Shown in pieces: positions 51,053 through 62,751 of a stretch of 64,000 nucleotides of DNA; within the stretch, counting starts at the first letter, position 1; each line of letters starts with the position of its first letter. A program made the position numbers and the translations under genes. Location of the stretch: positions 1,792,001 through 1,856,000 of the forward strand of contig OZ243938.1 of NCBI GenBank assembly GCA_965214095.1. The letters run 5' to 3'. This stretch comes from Candidatus Poribacteria bacterium (lineage in GTDB: Bacteria; Poribacteria; WGA-4E; WGA-3G). The notes under the pieces are model-generated. The model was not told where the DNA came from. It worked only from the letters and a program-made list of their open reading frames with translations, and ran no database searches.

Positions 51053-51712
51053 CTATTCCTCTTCTTCTTCCAGCACACGACGAAGTTGCATGATGACCTT
51101 AGCAATAGAAATGAGATTCGGATTAATAGTCAGTGCCTGCTGATATGCCTCAATAGCTTCCCCGATTTCACCTAATCTAAGATACGCGTGTCCCATACCA
51201 GCATAAGCACCAAAATGATACGGGTTGAGTTTCACTGTTTGTTTGCAGTCTTCGATCGCTCTTTCCCATTCTCCAATAACGAAACATGCAATTGCTCGTT
51301 GGTTATATCCTTCAGCGAAAGTCGGTGCGGCTTCTATGACTGAGGAAAATTGTTCAATAGCCTCTGAAAAGTTCTCATTCTCTATCTCTTTTTTACCAGT
51401 ATTTAGCATCTCGTCAACATCATCATCACCAGAACGTGACCATATATTCCATAAGGATGTTTCAGAGTTGATGGTTGCACGATAATCGTTGTTTTTTAGG
51501 TTTTTGACTAATACAGGCACTGTGTCCATGCTACCTATCAATCCAAGAGCAGTAGCAGCCGCACGTGCGACAAGGATATCTTCATTTTCTAAATAATTCA
51601 CTAAATCGTCCTCTGTATATTTTGATGATAGAACCTGTCTAAGATTGTCCTCATCTACATCATTTGTATACATGAGTGCTGCTAATTCCGAAAACCCATT
51701 CCCTACAGACAT
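51053..51712 (-). CDS. HEAT plus TPR repeat protein
   Basis: AAATALGLIG HEAT unit; TPRs FAEGYNQRA, LNPYHFGAYAGMG, YQQALTINP. Confidence 0.85.
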   Translation of the reverse strand: MSVGNGFSELAALMYTNDVDEDNLRQVLSSKYTEDDLVNYLENEDILVARAAATALGLIGSMDTVPVLVKNLKNNDYRATINSETSLWNIWSRSGDDDVDEMLNTGKKEIENENFSEAIEQFSSVIEAAPTFAEGYNQRAIACFVIGEWERAIEDCKQTVKLNPYHFGAYAGMGHAYLRLGEIGEAIEAYQQALTINPNLISIAKVIMQLRRVLEEEEE

Positions 51713-51884
51713 TGTTACCCTCCTTAATCTAATTTGATTATAACACATCCTTATTGAAATAACAAATATATGTCTATGATGACAGTGTTATTTAGTTTTA
51801 AGAATTTCTAAAATGTTTGGTACAAAATGATAGACATGATATAATTAAACCATAATTAAACTTGATTACTAAAGGAATGATACG

Positions 51885-52955
51885 ATGAATGAAACCTCAA
51901 TAGAACTATTGAAATCACTAACACAAGCAGATGGAATCCCCGGATATGAGGCAGAAGTGAGAGACGTATTTCGCGACGCTGTCTCAGATGTTGGACCAAT
52001 TGAGACCGACAAATTGGGGAGTATTTTTTGCACCCGTGCAGGCAGCTCAGAAAACCCACGAATTGTGCTTGATTCACATTTAGATGAAATCGGTTTTGTT
52101 GTGACAAATGTCACGGATAATGGTTTTGTCAAATTCCTTCCCCTTGGCGGATGGTGGGGACACACACTTTTGGCACAACGAGTCAATATCAAAACTAAGC
52201 AGGGAAAAATACCGGGTGTAATCGGTTCAACGCCTCCACATTTATTGTCAGGATCGCGGGATAAAGTCTTGGAAATAAAAGACCTATTTATTGATGTGGG
52301 TGCAGAGAACGAAGAACAAGCCGTGGAAGAATACGGAATTTTGCCCGGTTGTCCAATTGCACCTTATGGACCTTTTATGCAGTTGAAGAATGAAAAATTA
52401 CTCACTGCAAAAGCATTTGATAATCGCGTCGGTGTCGCACTTGTCATAGAAGCACTACTGAAACTTGAAGAACATCCGAACACCGTTATCGGTGCAGGAA
52501 GTGTGCAGGAAGAAATCGGGTTGCGTGGTGCCAAAACTATGGCTGCAAGTGTGGAACCTGACCTGGCGATTGTACTGGAAGGACCTCCTGGTGATGATAC
52601 CCCAGGATTAAGTGTTGGAAATACACAAGGCAAACTCGGTAGCGGTGTCCAAATCAGGATAATAGACTCATCAATGGTCGTCAATCCAAAGTTGGCAGAA
52701 TATGTGGTAGAAACAGCCAAGGAACATGAAATCCCATATCAACTCGGTGTGCGTCAATCCGGTGGAACAGATGGCGGTGCAATTCACACATTCGGTAGAG
52801 GTGTGCCTTCTGTTGTACTCGGTGTGCCTTCACGATATATCCATAGCCACGTCTCTATTATCAACATTGATGACTATAACGCAGCATTGGATTTGACGAT
52901 GAAACTTGTACAAGAAATTGACTCATCCGTTATGGAAGGATTTCTGTTCGATTAG
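51885..52955 (+). CDS. M42-family metallo-aminopeptidase
   Basis: GIPGYE, SHLDEIG, KAFDNRVG, VQEEIGLRGA, GGTDGG, RYIHS. Confidence 0.92.
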   Translation: MNETSIELLKSLTQADGIPGYEAEVRDVFRDAVSDVGPIETDKLGSIFCTRAGSSENPRIVLDSHLDEIGFVVTNVTDNGFVKFLPLGGWWGHTLLAQRVNIKTKQGKIPGVIGSTPPHLLSGSRDKVLEIKDLFIDVGAENEEQAVEEYGILPGCPIAPYGPFMQLKNEKLLTAKAFDNRVGVALVIEALLKLEEHPNTVIGAGSVQEEIGLRGAKTMAASVEPDLAIVLEGPPGDDTPGLSVGNTQGKLGSGVQIRIIDSSMVVNPKLAEYVVETAKEHEIPYQLGVRQSGGTDGGAIHTFGRGVPSVVLGVPSRYIHSHVSIINIDDYNAALDLTMKLVQEIDSSVMEGFLFD

Positions 52956-53080
52956 ATAATGAAGATTAAGAAATAAATCAGGTAATTTCCTTGAGATGTC
53001 CGGTTCGGTTAGGAAACCGAACCTACCGGGTTTGAGAAAATGAGAATTACCCGTTTAATAAATTAATCTTCGTCATCTAA
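52952..53080. mobile_element. 129-bp MITE-like element with REP core; overlaps the stop codon of the M42 gene
   Basis: TIR TTAGATAATGAAGATTAA / TTAATCTTCGTCATCTAA; core GGTTCGGTT-AGGA-AACCGAACC-TAC at 53002-53026. Confidence 0.75.
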
Positions 53081-53108
53081 CTTGTATCTCTTAATCGGAG
53101 GATAAACA

Positions 53109-53948
53109 GTGGAAGCCAACTTACCGAAAGTCTCATTTTGCAATCACCCAATCAGCAAGTTGTTGATTGGTGATAATCCAATTTACGGTTATTCTCATTT
53201 TAATAAACTTCTTTCGCAACATCAACAGCAGTTCCATACACCAGAACAGGTTGTTGCTACGCTTAAGCGTGCCGAGGAAGTTGGGATCAATGGGTGGCAG
53301 AATAGCGTTACAGAACGTTCAATGTCCGACCTACAGCGTTACCGCGATGCGGGTGGCACGATGCATTGGTTCTGTCTAAGTTGGAGTTTTGTGTGGTATG
53401 AAAACCCTAACCAAGTATTTGAAGATGCAAAGCACAATCCAATCGGTATGGCACCACATGGAGGTGGTGTTGGCCAACGGTGTCTGCGGGAAAACAAACT
53501 TGGTCATTTGCAGGATATCCTGAAACGGATTCGCGACACCGGCAATCTGGTCGGTTTATCGGTGCATGACCCGAAACTGGTGCATATCGCTGAAGACGAA
53601 GACTGGGATATAGACTATTACATGACAGCACTCTATAACCTACAGGGTGGTACACAGAAGTTCACAGAAAAGTTTGGATACGCACCCTTAGGTGAAATCT
53701 ATGCCCGCGAAGACCGTGATGAGATGAGTAAAGCGATTCAACGCACTGAAAAACCATGCATCATCTTCAAAGTACTCGCAGCAGGTCGGACAATTGGAAG
53801 TCCACAACAAATTCGTGAGGAGATAAAATACGTTTTAGAGAACTCCAAGTCGAATGATGTGCTATTACTCGGTATGTATCAACAATTCGGTGACCAAATT
53901 GGAGAAAATGCTGCGTTGATCGCTGAACTTTGCGCGGAAGCAGGATAA
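53109..53948 (+). CDS. Aldo/keto-reductase-like TIM-barrel protein of unknown function
   Basis: ISKLLIG.NP..G.SH, GINGW, VGLSVH.P, KPCI.FKVLAAGR. Confidence 0.6.
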   Translation: MEANLPKVSFCNHPISKLLIGDNPIYGYSHFNKLLSQHQQQFHTPEQVVATLKRAEEVGINGWQNSVTERSMSDLQRYRDAGGTMHWFCLSWSFVWYENPNQVFEDAKHNPIGMAPHGGGVGQRCLRENKLGHLQDILKRIRDTGNLVGLSVHDPKLVHIAEDEDWDIDYYMTALYNLQGGTQKFTEKFGYAPLGEIYAREDRDEMSKAIQRTEKPCIIFKVLAAGRTIGSPQQIREEIKYVLENSKSNDVLLLGMYQQFGDQIGENAALIAELCAEAG

Positions 53949-53988
53949 ATCGCGCTTACAAAACATTCCCTCAAGAGAGGATAAATTT

Positions 53989-54879
53989 ATGACAGACCAT
54001 ATCGGTATCAGATTTAACAAAGACCTTGGCAAGCCTCTGTCAACTGCAGCATCTGATTTAACGCAAACAAATTCTGATGGGAAACCTGTTGTGCCATTGA
54101 CACAGGAACAGAAATATCTATTTGATAAGAATGGATGGCTCTTAATGCCGGGAGTGCTAACAGAATCTGAGATTAAGGAGATGCGTGACTTCTGTTACCA
54201 ATTGAAGCACGAACCTGCAACAATACCGAAGCATCAACGTTCAACTTATGGAGGTCCTTTGGAAGCACTTACAGATCATCCTGTTGTTATCGCATTTGCT
54301 AATGAATTTCTGGCATCCCCCTATTTAGCATCGGAGACATGCTACGGATTTCGCATGGAAACAAGTTTCTTGTTTTTGCGTTCTGCATCTGATGATCCAC
54401 CTCAAAAGTTCTCTCCACACAACGGTAACGGTATGTTTAGAATGCCAGGGGATTGTCATCAATACCAATGTTTACCCGGACAAGCATACAGTGGCTTGAC
54501 ACGCGTTGTTTGGGAACTGAATCCTGTCGGGAAAGAGGATGGCGGCACGATGTTTGTTACTGGTAGTCATAAGGCTGCATATACCGCGCCAGAGGTTTTA
54601 CGAACACATGAATGGGAATTTTGGGATACTTATTCTTGTCCAGCAGGATCTGTCATTATATTCACAGAAGCTATAACACACAGTGGACAACCGTGGCGAA
54701 ATCCAGACGTTGAAAGAGTTGCGATTTTCAACGGATACAACTCGGTCGACAAAAGGTGGAAACTTGCACAACCCCCTCAAGCATTGCTTGAAAAGATGCC
54801 ACCTAAACGCCAAACACTATTCCGAGATGCTTATGTAAGTGGAAACGTAACAGGAAGAGCGTTTAAAATGGCGTTGTAA
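53989..54879 (+). CDS. PhyH-fold Fe/2OG enzyme with non-canonical HxG motif
   Basis: QKYLFDKNGWL, PHNG, DGGT.F..GSHK, CPAGSVIIFTEAITH, RVAIF. Confidence 0.85.
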   Translation: MTDHIGIRFNKDLGKPLSTAASDLTQTNSDGKPVVPLTQEQKYLFDKNGWLLMPGVLTESEIKEMRDFCYQLKHEPATIPKHQRSTYGGPLEALTDHPVVIAFANEFLASPYLASETCYGFRMETSFLFLRSASDDPPQKFSPHNGNGMFRMPGDCHQYQCLPGQAYSGLTRVVWELNPVGKEDGGTMFVTGSHKAAYTAPEVLRTHEWEFWDTYSCPAGSVIIFTEAITHSGQPWRNPDVERVAIFNGYNSVDKRWKLAQPPQALLEKMPPKRQTLFRDAYVSGNVTGRAFKMAL

Positions 54880-54940
54880 GTATCACATAATCGGCTTTAT
54901 AAGCGCGCTGCAAGAGAGCTAAATGATTTTAGGTATTAAT

Positions 54941-55074
54941 TACCATTTCTAAGCATAACATTTCCTATAAGAAATAGACGGTTCGTAGTCGCGCAATTCA
55001 TTGCGCCTCTTACACTCTTCACTTGAGCGTAAACCTACAAGTCTAATAATGAAATCTTGTTTTTAGAAACGGTA
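54941..55074. mobile_element. MITE-like element with a family-B REP core
   Basis: TIR TACCATTTCTAA / TTAGAAACGGTA; core GTAGTCGCGCAATTCATTGCGC at 54985-55006. Confidence 0.65.
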
Positions 55075-55121
55075 CAACATTAATCGTATTTGGAAACATA
55101 TCCACAAGAGAGGATGGATTT

Positions 55122-56015
55122 ATGGCAGATCATATCGGTATTAGATTTAACAAAGATTTTGGAAGACCTATATCAACAGATGCATCTGACCTTACTAATA
55201 CAAACGCTGATGGCAAACCTGTTATTCCATTGACGCAGGAACAGAAATATCTCTTTGATAAAAATGGATGGCTTTTAATTCCGGGAGTGCTGACGGACTC
55301 CGAGATAGAGGAGATGCGGGATTTCTGCTATCGGTTAAAAAGTTCGCCTGACACAATTAACCCACCAATCCACCGTAATACATACGGCGGTCCATTGGAA
55401 GCATTGACAGATCATCCTGTGGTTGTTGCATTTGCCAATGAATTTCTGGCAACGCCTTATTTAGCCTCAGATACATGCTATGGATTTCGTATGGAGATGA
55501 GTTTTATGGCGTTGCGTTCCACAACGGACGATCCTCCTTTTACCTTCGGTCCGCATAACGGCAACGGCATGCTTCGAATGCCAGGAGATTGCCATCAATA
55601 CCAATGTTTACCCGGTCAGGCATATAGTGGATTGACGCGTGTTGTATGGGAACTAAACTCAGTTGGAAAAGAGGATGGAGGGACGATGTTCATTACCGGT
55701 AGTCACAAAGCTGCTTATACTGCTCCAGAAGTGGCGAAGACACAAGAATGGGGATTTTGGGATACTTACGACTGTCCTGCAGGTTCTGTCATCATCTTTA
55801 CAGAAGCAATTACGCATAGTGGACAACCGTGGAGAAATGCAGATACAGACCGCGTCGCGATTTTCAACGCATATAACTCAGTTGATAAACGTTGGTCCCT
55901 TTCACAACCACCACAAGCACTGCTTGAAACGATGCCACCTAAACGACAAACACTTTTCCGAGATGCCTATGTGAAAGGAAACGTAACAGGAACAGCATTT
56001 AATATGTCATTGTAA
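55122..56015 (+). CDS. PhyH-fold Fe/2OG enzyme (tandem paralog), HxG motif
   Basis: Highly similar to 53989-54879 over its full length; GPHNG, AITH. Confidence 0.85.
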   Translation: MADHIGIRFNKDFGRPISTDASDLTNTNADGKPVIPLTQEQKYLFDKNGWLLIPGVLTDSEIEEMRDFCYRLKSSPDTINPPIHRNTYGGPLEALTDHPVVVAFANEFLATPYLASDTCYGFRMEMSFMALRSTTDDPPFTFGPHNGNGMLRMPGDCHQYQCLPGQAYSGLTRVVWELNSVGKEDGGTMFITGSHKAAYTAPEVAKTQEWGFWDTYDCPAGSVIIFTEAITHSGQPWRNADTDRVAIFNAYNSVDKRWSLSQPPQALLETMPPKRQTLFRDAYVKGNVTGTAFNMSL

Positions 56016-56045
56016 ATCTCAATGTGTACTTAAGTTGCCACGTAT

Positions 56046-56072
56046 GTAGCCGCGCAATTCACTGCGCCTCTT
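56046..56072 (+). repeat. Family-B GTAG REP
   Basis: GTAGCCGCGCAATTCACTGCGCCTCTT. Confidence 0.7.
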
Positions 56073-56097
56073 TATGAAACACCTGCGATAAGGAACT

Positions 56098-56928
56098 GTG
56101 ATTATGACACCAAAACAACGTTATCTATTTGATATAACAGGCTACCTTCACCTGAAAAACGTCATCACTGGAGATGCATTAGCAGAAGCATCCGATGCAG
56201 TTGATAGATACATCACCACACCACCGGATGAATTACCACCGGGATTTGAACAGCGCGGACTGCATCAACACGGGTTCGCTTTTGACAAATCGCTTGAATG
56301 TTTGACGATGCATCCTGCATTATGGTCTATCATCAAAGAGTTGACAGACAATCAACCACGATTTGGCAGAGGTTCACTCAAACACGACAAGCATGATCTT
56401 TGGAAAGCAGGAGAAAACGCACATATCAATCCGGGTGGATTGCATTGCGCGCGTGATGACTATGGTTGGTATAGCACTCGTTATGAAGCGACAAACGGAC
56501 GTATCTACTGCGATAACTTTGTCTGTTTTCCTTATTTCACGGATGTCTTTCCAGGTGATGGTGGTCTCATCGTGATTCCCGGTTCACACAAGAGTGAGTT
56601 TGATCGTCCGAAGCAGCTGCTAACTCTTGACGAAGCGGATGGTATTGATCCGATTGATGATCCTGTGTTTGTGAACATCACACCGAAGGCGGGGGATATT
56701 GTGATTATTTCGGAGTTGTTAACCCATGGGGTGTTGCGATGGAAACCGAAGGATCGGGATAGAAGGTTTCTGGTAATGCGGTATTTCCCACAATATTCTG
56801 GTAAGCATAACTTACCGCAACCTATATTAGATCGGTTATCCCCTGAGACCTTAGAATTGATAGCATCCGAACCCTATGGACATATTAAAGAGATTGTGAA
56901 GCAAGACGAAGTTACGCTGACTGTGTAG
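56098..56928 (+). CDS. PhyH-fold Fe/2OG enzyme with non-canonical HxA motif
   Basis: QRYLFDITGYL, GLHCA, GDGG..VIPGSHK, AGDIVI..E.LTHG...W, DRR. Confidence 0.85.
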   Translation: MIMTPKQRYLFDITGYLHLKNVITGDALAEASDAVDRYITTPPDELPPGFEQRGLHQHGFAFDKSLECLTMHPALWSIIKELTDNQPRFGRGSLKHDKHDLWKAGENAHINPGGLHCARDDYGWYSTRYEATNGRIYCDNFVCFPYFTDVFPGDGGLIVIPGSHKSEFDRPKQLLTLDEADGIDPIDDPVFVNITPKAGDIVIISELLTHGVLRWKPKDRDRRFLVMRYFPQYSGKHNLPQPILDRLSPETLELIASEPYGHIKEIVKQDEVTLTV

Positions 56929-57106
56929 ATGTTCTAACAAACACAAATCTATTTACACCTAATGACACATAACAGCATTCTAAAGCAAATATAACGCTTA
57001 AGAGGAGAAACGAGAGATGAAGAAAAAACAGATTGTCTGCCAAGATCCAGACCTGAGTTTGATGCCTTTATCACAATGGATAAGGGATTTTTGTATCAGC
57101 CAAAAT

Positions 57107-57673
57107 CTATTCAAAAAGTTCTGCCACTGGACATGAAAACCCTGGTACGACATCCTCACCTGTTAAAGTATCTTCATAGTTTAGCAGCGTAAAGTCTGTT
57201 TCAGAACGATAGACCATAACCGTTTTCATAATCGGTTCAATAACCCAAACAAGCTGTGTCCCCGCCTTCAGATAGGCTAACGCCTTTTCGGTAACATCAT
57301 AATGCTTATCTGTCGGAGAAACTATTTCAACAGCGAGGTCAGGGGCATCAGCAAAACCTTTTAATTTATCTTCCGACAACCGTTCTGTTGATACAAACGC
57401 AATATCCGGTTTTACCACCCGATCACCTAATTGGAATGTCGTTTCCGCAATATATAAACGTCCTAATTTATTTTCGCGAACGTGTGATGTTAAAAGAAAA
57501 TGGACGTTAGATCCTATTTCACCATGGACAATTGCTGCAGCTGCCATTGGCACTAATTCCCCTTTTACATACTCATAACCCTCTAAATCGTTTTCAAGAA
57601 ATTCCGCCATCGTCATCGTACTGTGAGGTAGCATTTCTTGCACAGATTCAGGGCTCGCTTGCGAATTGGACAT
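57107..57673 (-). CDS. Uma2-family endonuclease
   Basis: YEYVKGEL, H, KPDIAFVS, APDLAVEIVSP, K...YL.AG..LVWVI.P, L.GEDVVPGF. Confidence 0.92.
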   Translation of the reverse strand: MSNSQASPESVQEMLPHSTMTMAEFLENDLEGYEYVKGELVPMAAAAIVHGEIGSNVHFLLTSHVRENKLGRLYIAETTFQLGDRVVKPDIAFVSTERLSEDKLKGFADAPDLAVEIVSPTDKHYDVTEKALAYLKAGTQLVWVIEPIMKTVMVYRSETDFTLLNYEDTLTGEDVVPGFSCPVAELFE

Positions 57674-58107
57674 CAGATTCCTCCTATGTTATACCATTTC
57701 CAAAGAGGTATATATTTATCAGGAATAAGATAATCTACGTCTATCTCTGTATCAATATTCGTTCCCCAAACTTTGAAGAACTCCGCTTCTTGTTCTCCGA
57801 TTTGCAGGTGTAATTGTCGTTCGTAGTTGTACCATACTGCGGTCACATTTCCATCTCCATCGCTGGAGATAGATGGAATATCGCACCGATATCCTACGGA
57901 AGTGACAGAATCTAACAATGCGTTCATAATTACTTTCGCGTGTATCAATGTTAATTCAGTTGGTTTCTGTGAGCCGCTTCCATCCCAGTTATCTTCACGT
58001 TGTGATAGGACATCAAATTGCTTTGAGATTTCAAGTTTTTGCTTTTCGACTTGGGACTTCAGAACACTGTGTTTACTTTCAACAGGCTCATAATTCTCAA
58101 AGTTCAT
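57673..58107 (-). CDS. Hypothetical protein
   Basis: 144-aa ORF coupled to the Uma2 gene; DNWDG.GS..P motif and P.I..DG.G.V...W. Confidence 0.65.
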   Translation of the reverse strand: MNFENYEPVESKHSVLKSQVEKQKLEISKQFDVLSQREDNWDGSGSQKPTELTLIHAKVIMNALLDSVTSVGYRCDIPSISSDGDGNVTAVWYNYERQLHLQIGEQEAEFFKVWGTNIDTEIDVDYLIPDKYIPLWKWYNIGGI

Positions 58108-58221
58108 ATTGTATACACCATTCTTGTAGACTATTTTAACATGTCACGGATAAAATAGCAAAAAAATGCTTAAAGATGTATATATAATTCTAATGAGAAA
58201 ATAGATAGAGGGGAATGATGC

Positions 58222-58629
58222 TTACAAATTACCCGCAACCTTAATCCGATTCTGTGCACGGGCAAGGGCAGCCTCTGCACGCGGGCGATTCAAATCAGGG
58301 TCATCTGCAGCAAGTTGCTCTTTAGCACGTTCCAACGCAGTTTCAGCGCGGGACACATCAATATCCGATTGCCATTCCGCTGTTTCAACTAATACAGTGA
58401 CACCCGTGCGGAGCACTTCAAATACCCCACCACTTGTCGCCATTGACAAAGGTGTATCCGATTCAAGGATACGAATTTCACCTACATCTAATGCTGTGAG
58501 GAAAGGGATGTGTCCATATAGAATCTGGAAGTTGCCTTCGATTCCCGGGGCGTAAACGCTGGTCACATCACCTTCGTAAATCATTTTTTCTGGTGAACGT
58601 ATTTCAAGGTAAAAACTTCTGTTTTGCAT
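58222..58629 (-). CDS. atpC: ATP synthase F1 epsilon subunit
   Basis: LEI.SPEK..Y.G.V, G.F.IL.GH.P, SGG..EV, IDV.RA..A.ERA. Confidence 0.95.
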   Translation of the reverse strand: MQNRSFYLEIRSPEKMIYEGDVTSVYAPGIEGNFQILYGHIPFLTALDVGEIRILESDTPLSMATSGGVFEVLRTGVTVLVETAEWQSDIDVSRAETALERAKEQLAADDPDLNRPRAEAALARAQNRIKVAGNL

Positions 58630-58651
58630 ATCTATGTTGTTCCAGGAATGT

Positions 58652-58678
58652 AAGAGGCGCAATAAATTGCGCGACTAC
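58652..58678 (-). repeat. Family-B GTAG REP between atpD and atpC
   Basis: Minus strand GTAGTCGCGCAATTTATTGCGCCTCTT. Confidence 0.75.
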
Positions 58679-58681
58679 AAC

Positions 58682-60112
<1,431 letters not shown>

Positions 60113-60140
60113 TTACGGCACGTGTTGCATGCCTACTTCT

Positions 60141-61019
60141 TTAACCTTCCTGAGCGGCTGCGCCACTGACTATTTCCGATATCTCTGTTGTGATTTGTGT
60201 TTGACGTGCTCTATTGCGTTGTAGTACCAATTCGTCAATGAGTTCCTTCGCCTTTTCAGTAGCATTTTGCATCGCTGCCATGCGTGCTGCTTGTTCTGCT
60301 GCGTTTGAGTCTAAAAGCACTTTCCACATTTGCATGTTCAAATGTTTACCGAGTAGCATTTCAAAGAGTTCCACCTGTCCCGGTTCATAGATATAGTCTA
60401 AGAAAAGCGTATCACCTTCGGGTTCTATCGGTTCCAATGGTAGAAGTTGTTCAACAAGCACAGTTTGGGTAATTGCAGATTTGAAGTTATTGTAGATTAC
60501 CTCAACCTTATCAATCGTTTTATCTGTATAAAGATGTTCAAACTCGTGGACGACATCAACAGCGATTTGGAATTCAAGTTGACGGAAGATATTGATATAC
60601 GAATCCGTAATGTCGTAACCTCGTCTATCAAAGTGTTCTTGTGTACGTCTACCGATACAGATGAGGGTCACGTCTGCGCCACTGTCTTCGTAGTGTTGAA
60701 TACGTTCTGTGGTTGTGCGTATGACGTTGCTATTGAAACTGCCACATAATCCGCGATCACCAGAAACAGATATGATACAGACATGCTCCACTTCACGTTC
60801 TTCAAGCAAGGGATGTGTCAACGCTTCCTCCTCAACGTCCATCTGTGAGATAAGATGACCGAGAATCGTATTGAGTTTTTCTGCATAAGGACGGGTTGCG
60901 GTGATATTCTCTTGGGCACGACGAAGCCGTGCTGCAGCGACAACGCGCATCGCATCTGTAACCTGTTCAATGTTCTTAACACTGGCGATCCGACGCCGAA
61001 TTTCCCGTAATGTAGGCAT
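60141..61019 (-). CDS. atpG: ATP synthase F1 gamma subunit
   Basis: LREIRRRI.SVKN..QVT.AM, DRGLCGSFN, ARM.AM.NAT, NRARQ.QIT.EISEIV.GA. Confidence 0.97.
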   Translation of the reverse strand: MPTLREIRRRIASVKNIEQVTDAMRVVAAARLRRAQENITATRPYAEKLNTILGHLISQMDVEEEALTHPLLEEREVEHVCIISVSGDRGLCGSFNSNVIRTTTERIQHYEDSGADVTLICIGRRTQEHFDRRGYDITDSYINIFRQLEFQIAVDVVHEFEHLYTDKTIDKVEVIYNNFKSAITQTVLVEQLLPLEPIEPEGDTLFLDYIYEPGQVELFEMLLGKHLNMQMWKVLLDSNAAEQAARMAAMQNATEKAKELIDELVLQRNRARQTQITTEISEIVSGAAAQEG

Positions 61020-61021
61020 GG

Positions 61022-62635
61022 TTATTCACCTTCTGTGGGTGTTTCCTCTGTTGCGGATTTCTCTGTTGCGGATTCCTCTGCTGACATGTCCTCAGTCTGT
61101 GGTTGTTCTGGTGGTGTATTACTCCAGTTCTCTTTGAATGCTTTCACAGCAGCGTGCATGGTCTCAAGCAATTCATCTCCTAACAAACCACTTTCTGCGA
61201 TTTCTGCAAGAAGTTCGGCATGATTTCTATCAAGGTATTGCAGGAATTCAGACTCAAATCGTGCAACCTCAGATTCAGGAACTTCATCTAAGTAGCCATT
61301 TGTACCACAGAAGATAGATGCAACTTCGCGTTCAACAGGCATCGGTTCGAATTGCGGTTGTTTTAGTAATTCCACAAGCCGAGTCCCGCGTGTCAAAAGC
61401 GATTGAGTTGACGCATCAAGGTCTGATCCGAATTGTGCAAACGCAGCGACTTCACGGAAACTTGCGAGATCCAGTTTCAGTGTGCCAGCGACCTCGTCTG
61501 CTTTCATTGCTTTAACCTGTGCATCACCACCGACACGTGATACGGATGTACCGACATCAATTGCAGGTCTCACACCTTGGTTAAACAGATCCGTTGTGAG
61601 ATATATTTGTCCATCAGTAATAGAAATAACGTTTGTTGGAATATAGGTTGTCAAATCACCTTCAAAGATTTCAATAATAGGAAGTGCGGTTAGAGAACCA
61701 CCACCCAGTTCATCACTGAGTTTTGCTGCACGTTCTAACAGGCGTGAGTGCAGATAGAACACATCACCAGGATATGCTTCACGACCAGGAGGTCTACGTG
61801 AAAGCAGTGACATCTGTCGATATGCCCATGCGTGTTTTGTTAAGTCATCGTAGATGATAAGCGCGTGTTTGCCGTTATGACAGAAGTATTCCGCCATTGA
61901 TGTGCCTGAGTAAGGTGCAAGATATTGAAGCGGTGACGGCGCACTTGCGGGGGCAGAAACGATGGTTGTGTATTCCAATGCATTATGCTCGCGAAGTGTA
62001 TTTGCCACTTGTGCGAGGGTAGAACCTTTTTGACCGATAGCAACATAGATACAATACACATCTGTGTTCTTCTGACTCAAGATTGCATCTATTGCGATTG
62101 CAGTTTTTCCTGTTCGTCTGTCACCGATGATGAGTTCACGTTGTCCTCTGCCAATTGGTGTCAAACTATCAATAGCCTTCAAACCTGTGTAAAGCGGTTC
62201 ACTGACGGGTTGCCGTTGAACGATACCTAACCCTTTCTGTTCCACGGGGAGTCTGTGTTCTGTGTGAATGTCTCCCAAGCCGTCAATGGGTTTTCCAAGG
62301 GCATCAACGATCCGTCCGAGGAGTGCCTCACCAACAGGAACTTCCGGCAGCCTCTTTGTGCGTTTAACCGTATCACCTTCGTGAATAAGTTGGTCTTCAC
62401 CGAACAGCACACAACCAACATTGTCTTCTTCAAGGTTAAAAGCGATGCCGTAGACATCGTTCGGGAATTCAATCATTTCACTCGCCATTGCATTAGCAAG
62501 TCCATGCACCCGCGCGATCCCATCGCCCACCTCCAGTACAGTACCAGATTCGTAGACATCTACGTCCTGCTCAAACTGTACCAGCTGCTGTTTTAATATA
62601 TTCGATATTTCGTCCGGTCGGACTTCTCTTGCCAT
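61022..62635 (-). CDS. atpA: ATP synthase F1 alpha subunit with acidic C-terminal extension
   Basis: [50 protein letters not shown]. Confidence 0.98.
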   Translation of the reverse strand: MAREVRPDEISNILKQQLVQFEQDVDVYESGTVLEVGDGIARVHGLANAMASEMIEFPNDVYGIAFNLEEDNVGCVLFGEDQLIHEGDTVKRTKRLPEVPVGEALLGRIVDALGKPIDGLGDIHTEHRLPVEQKGLGIVQRQPVSEPLYTGLKAIDSLTPIGRGQRELIIGDRRTGKTAIAIDAILSQKNTDVYCIYVAIGQKGSTLAQVANTLREHNALEYTTIVSAPASAPSPLQYLAPYSGTSMAEYFCHNGKHALIIYDDLTKHAWAYRQMSLLSRRPPGREAYPGDVFYLHSRLLERAAKLSDELGGGSLTALPIIEIFEGDLTTYIPTNVISITDGQIYLTTDLFNQGVRPAIDVGTSVSRVGGDAQVKAMKADEVAGTLKLDLASFREVAAFAQFGSDLDASTQSLLTRGTRLVELLKQPQFEPMPVEREVASIFCGTNGYLDEVPESEVARFESEFLQYLDRNHAELLAEIAESGLLGDELLETMHAAVKAFKENWSNTPPEQPQTEDMSAEESATEKSATEETPTEGE

Positions 62636-62751
62636 ATTTTCAATCCTCTATGGAGTCGCATGTGTCTATTTTCATAAGGGAAACCTGCATAATTCGTGAG
62701 AGTTACTTCTGCTGCATATCGTATAATCCATAACTTTACCGTGCAGCCGAT

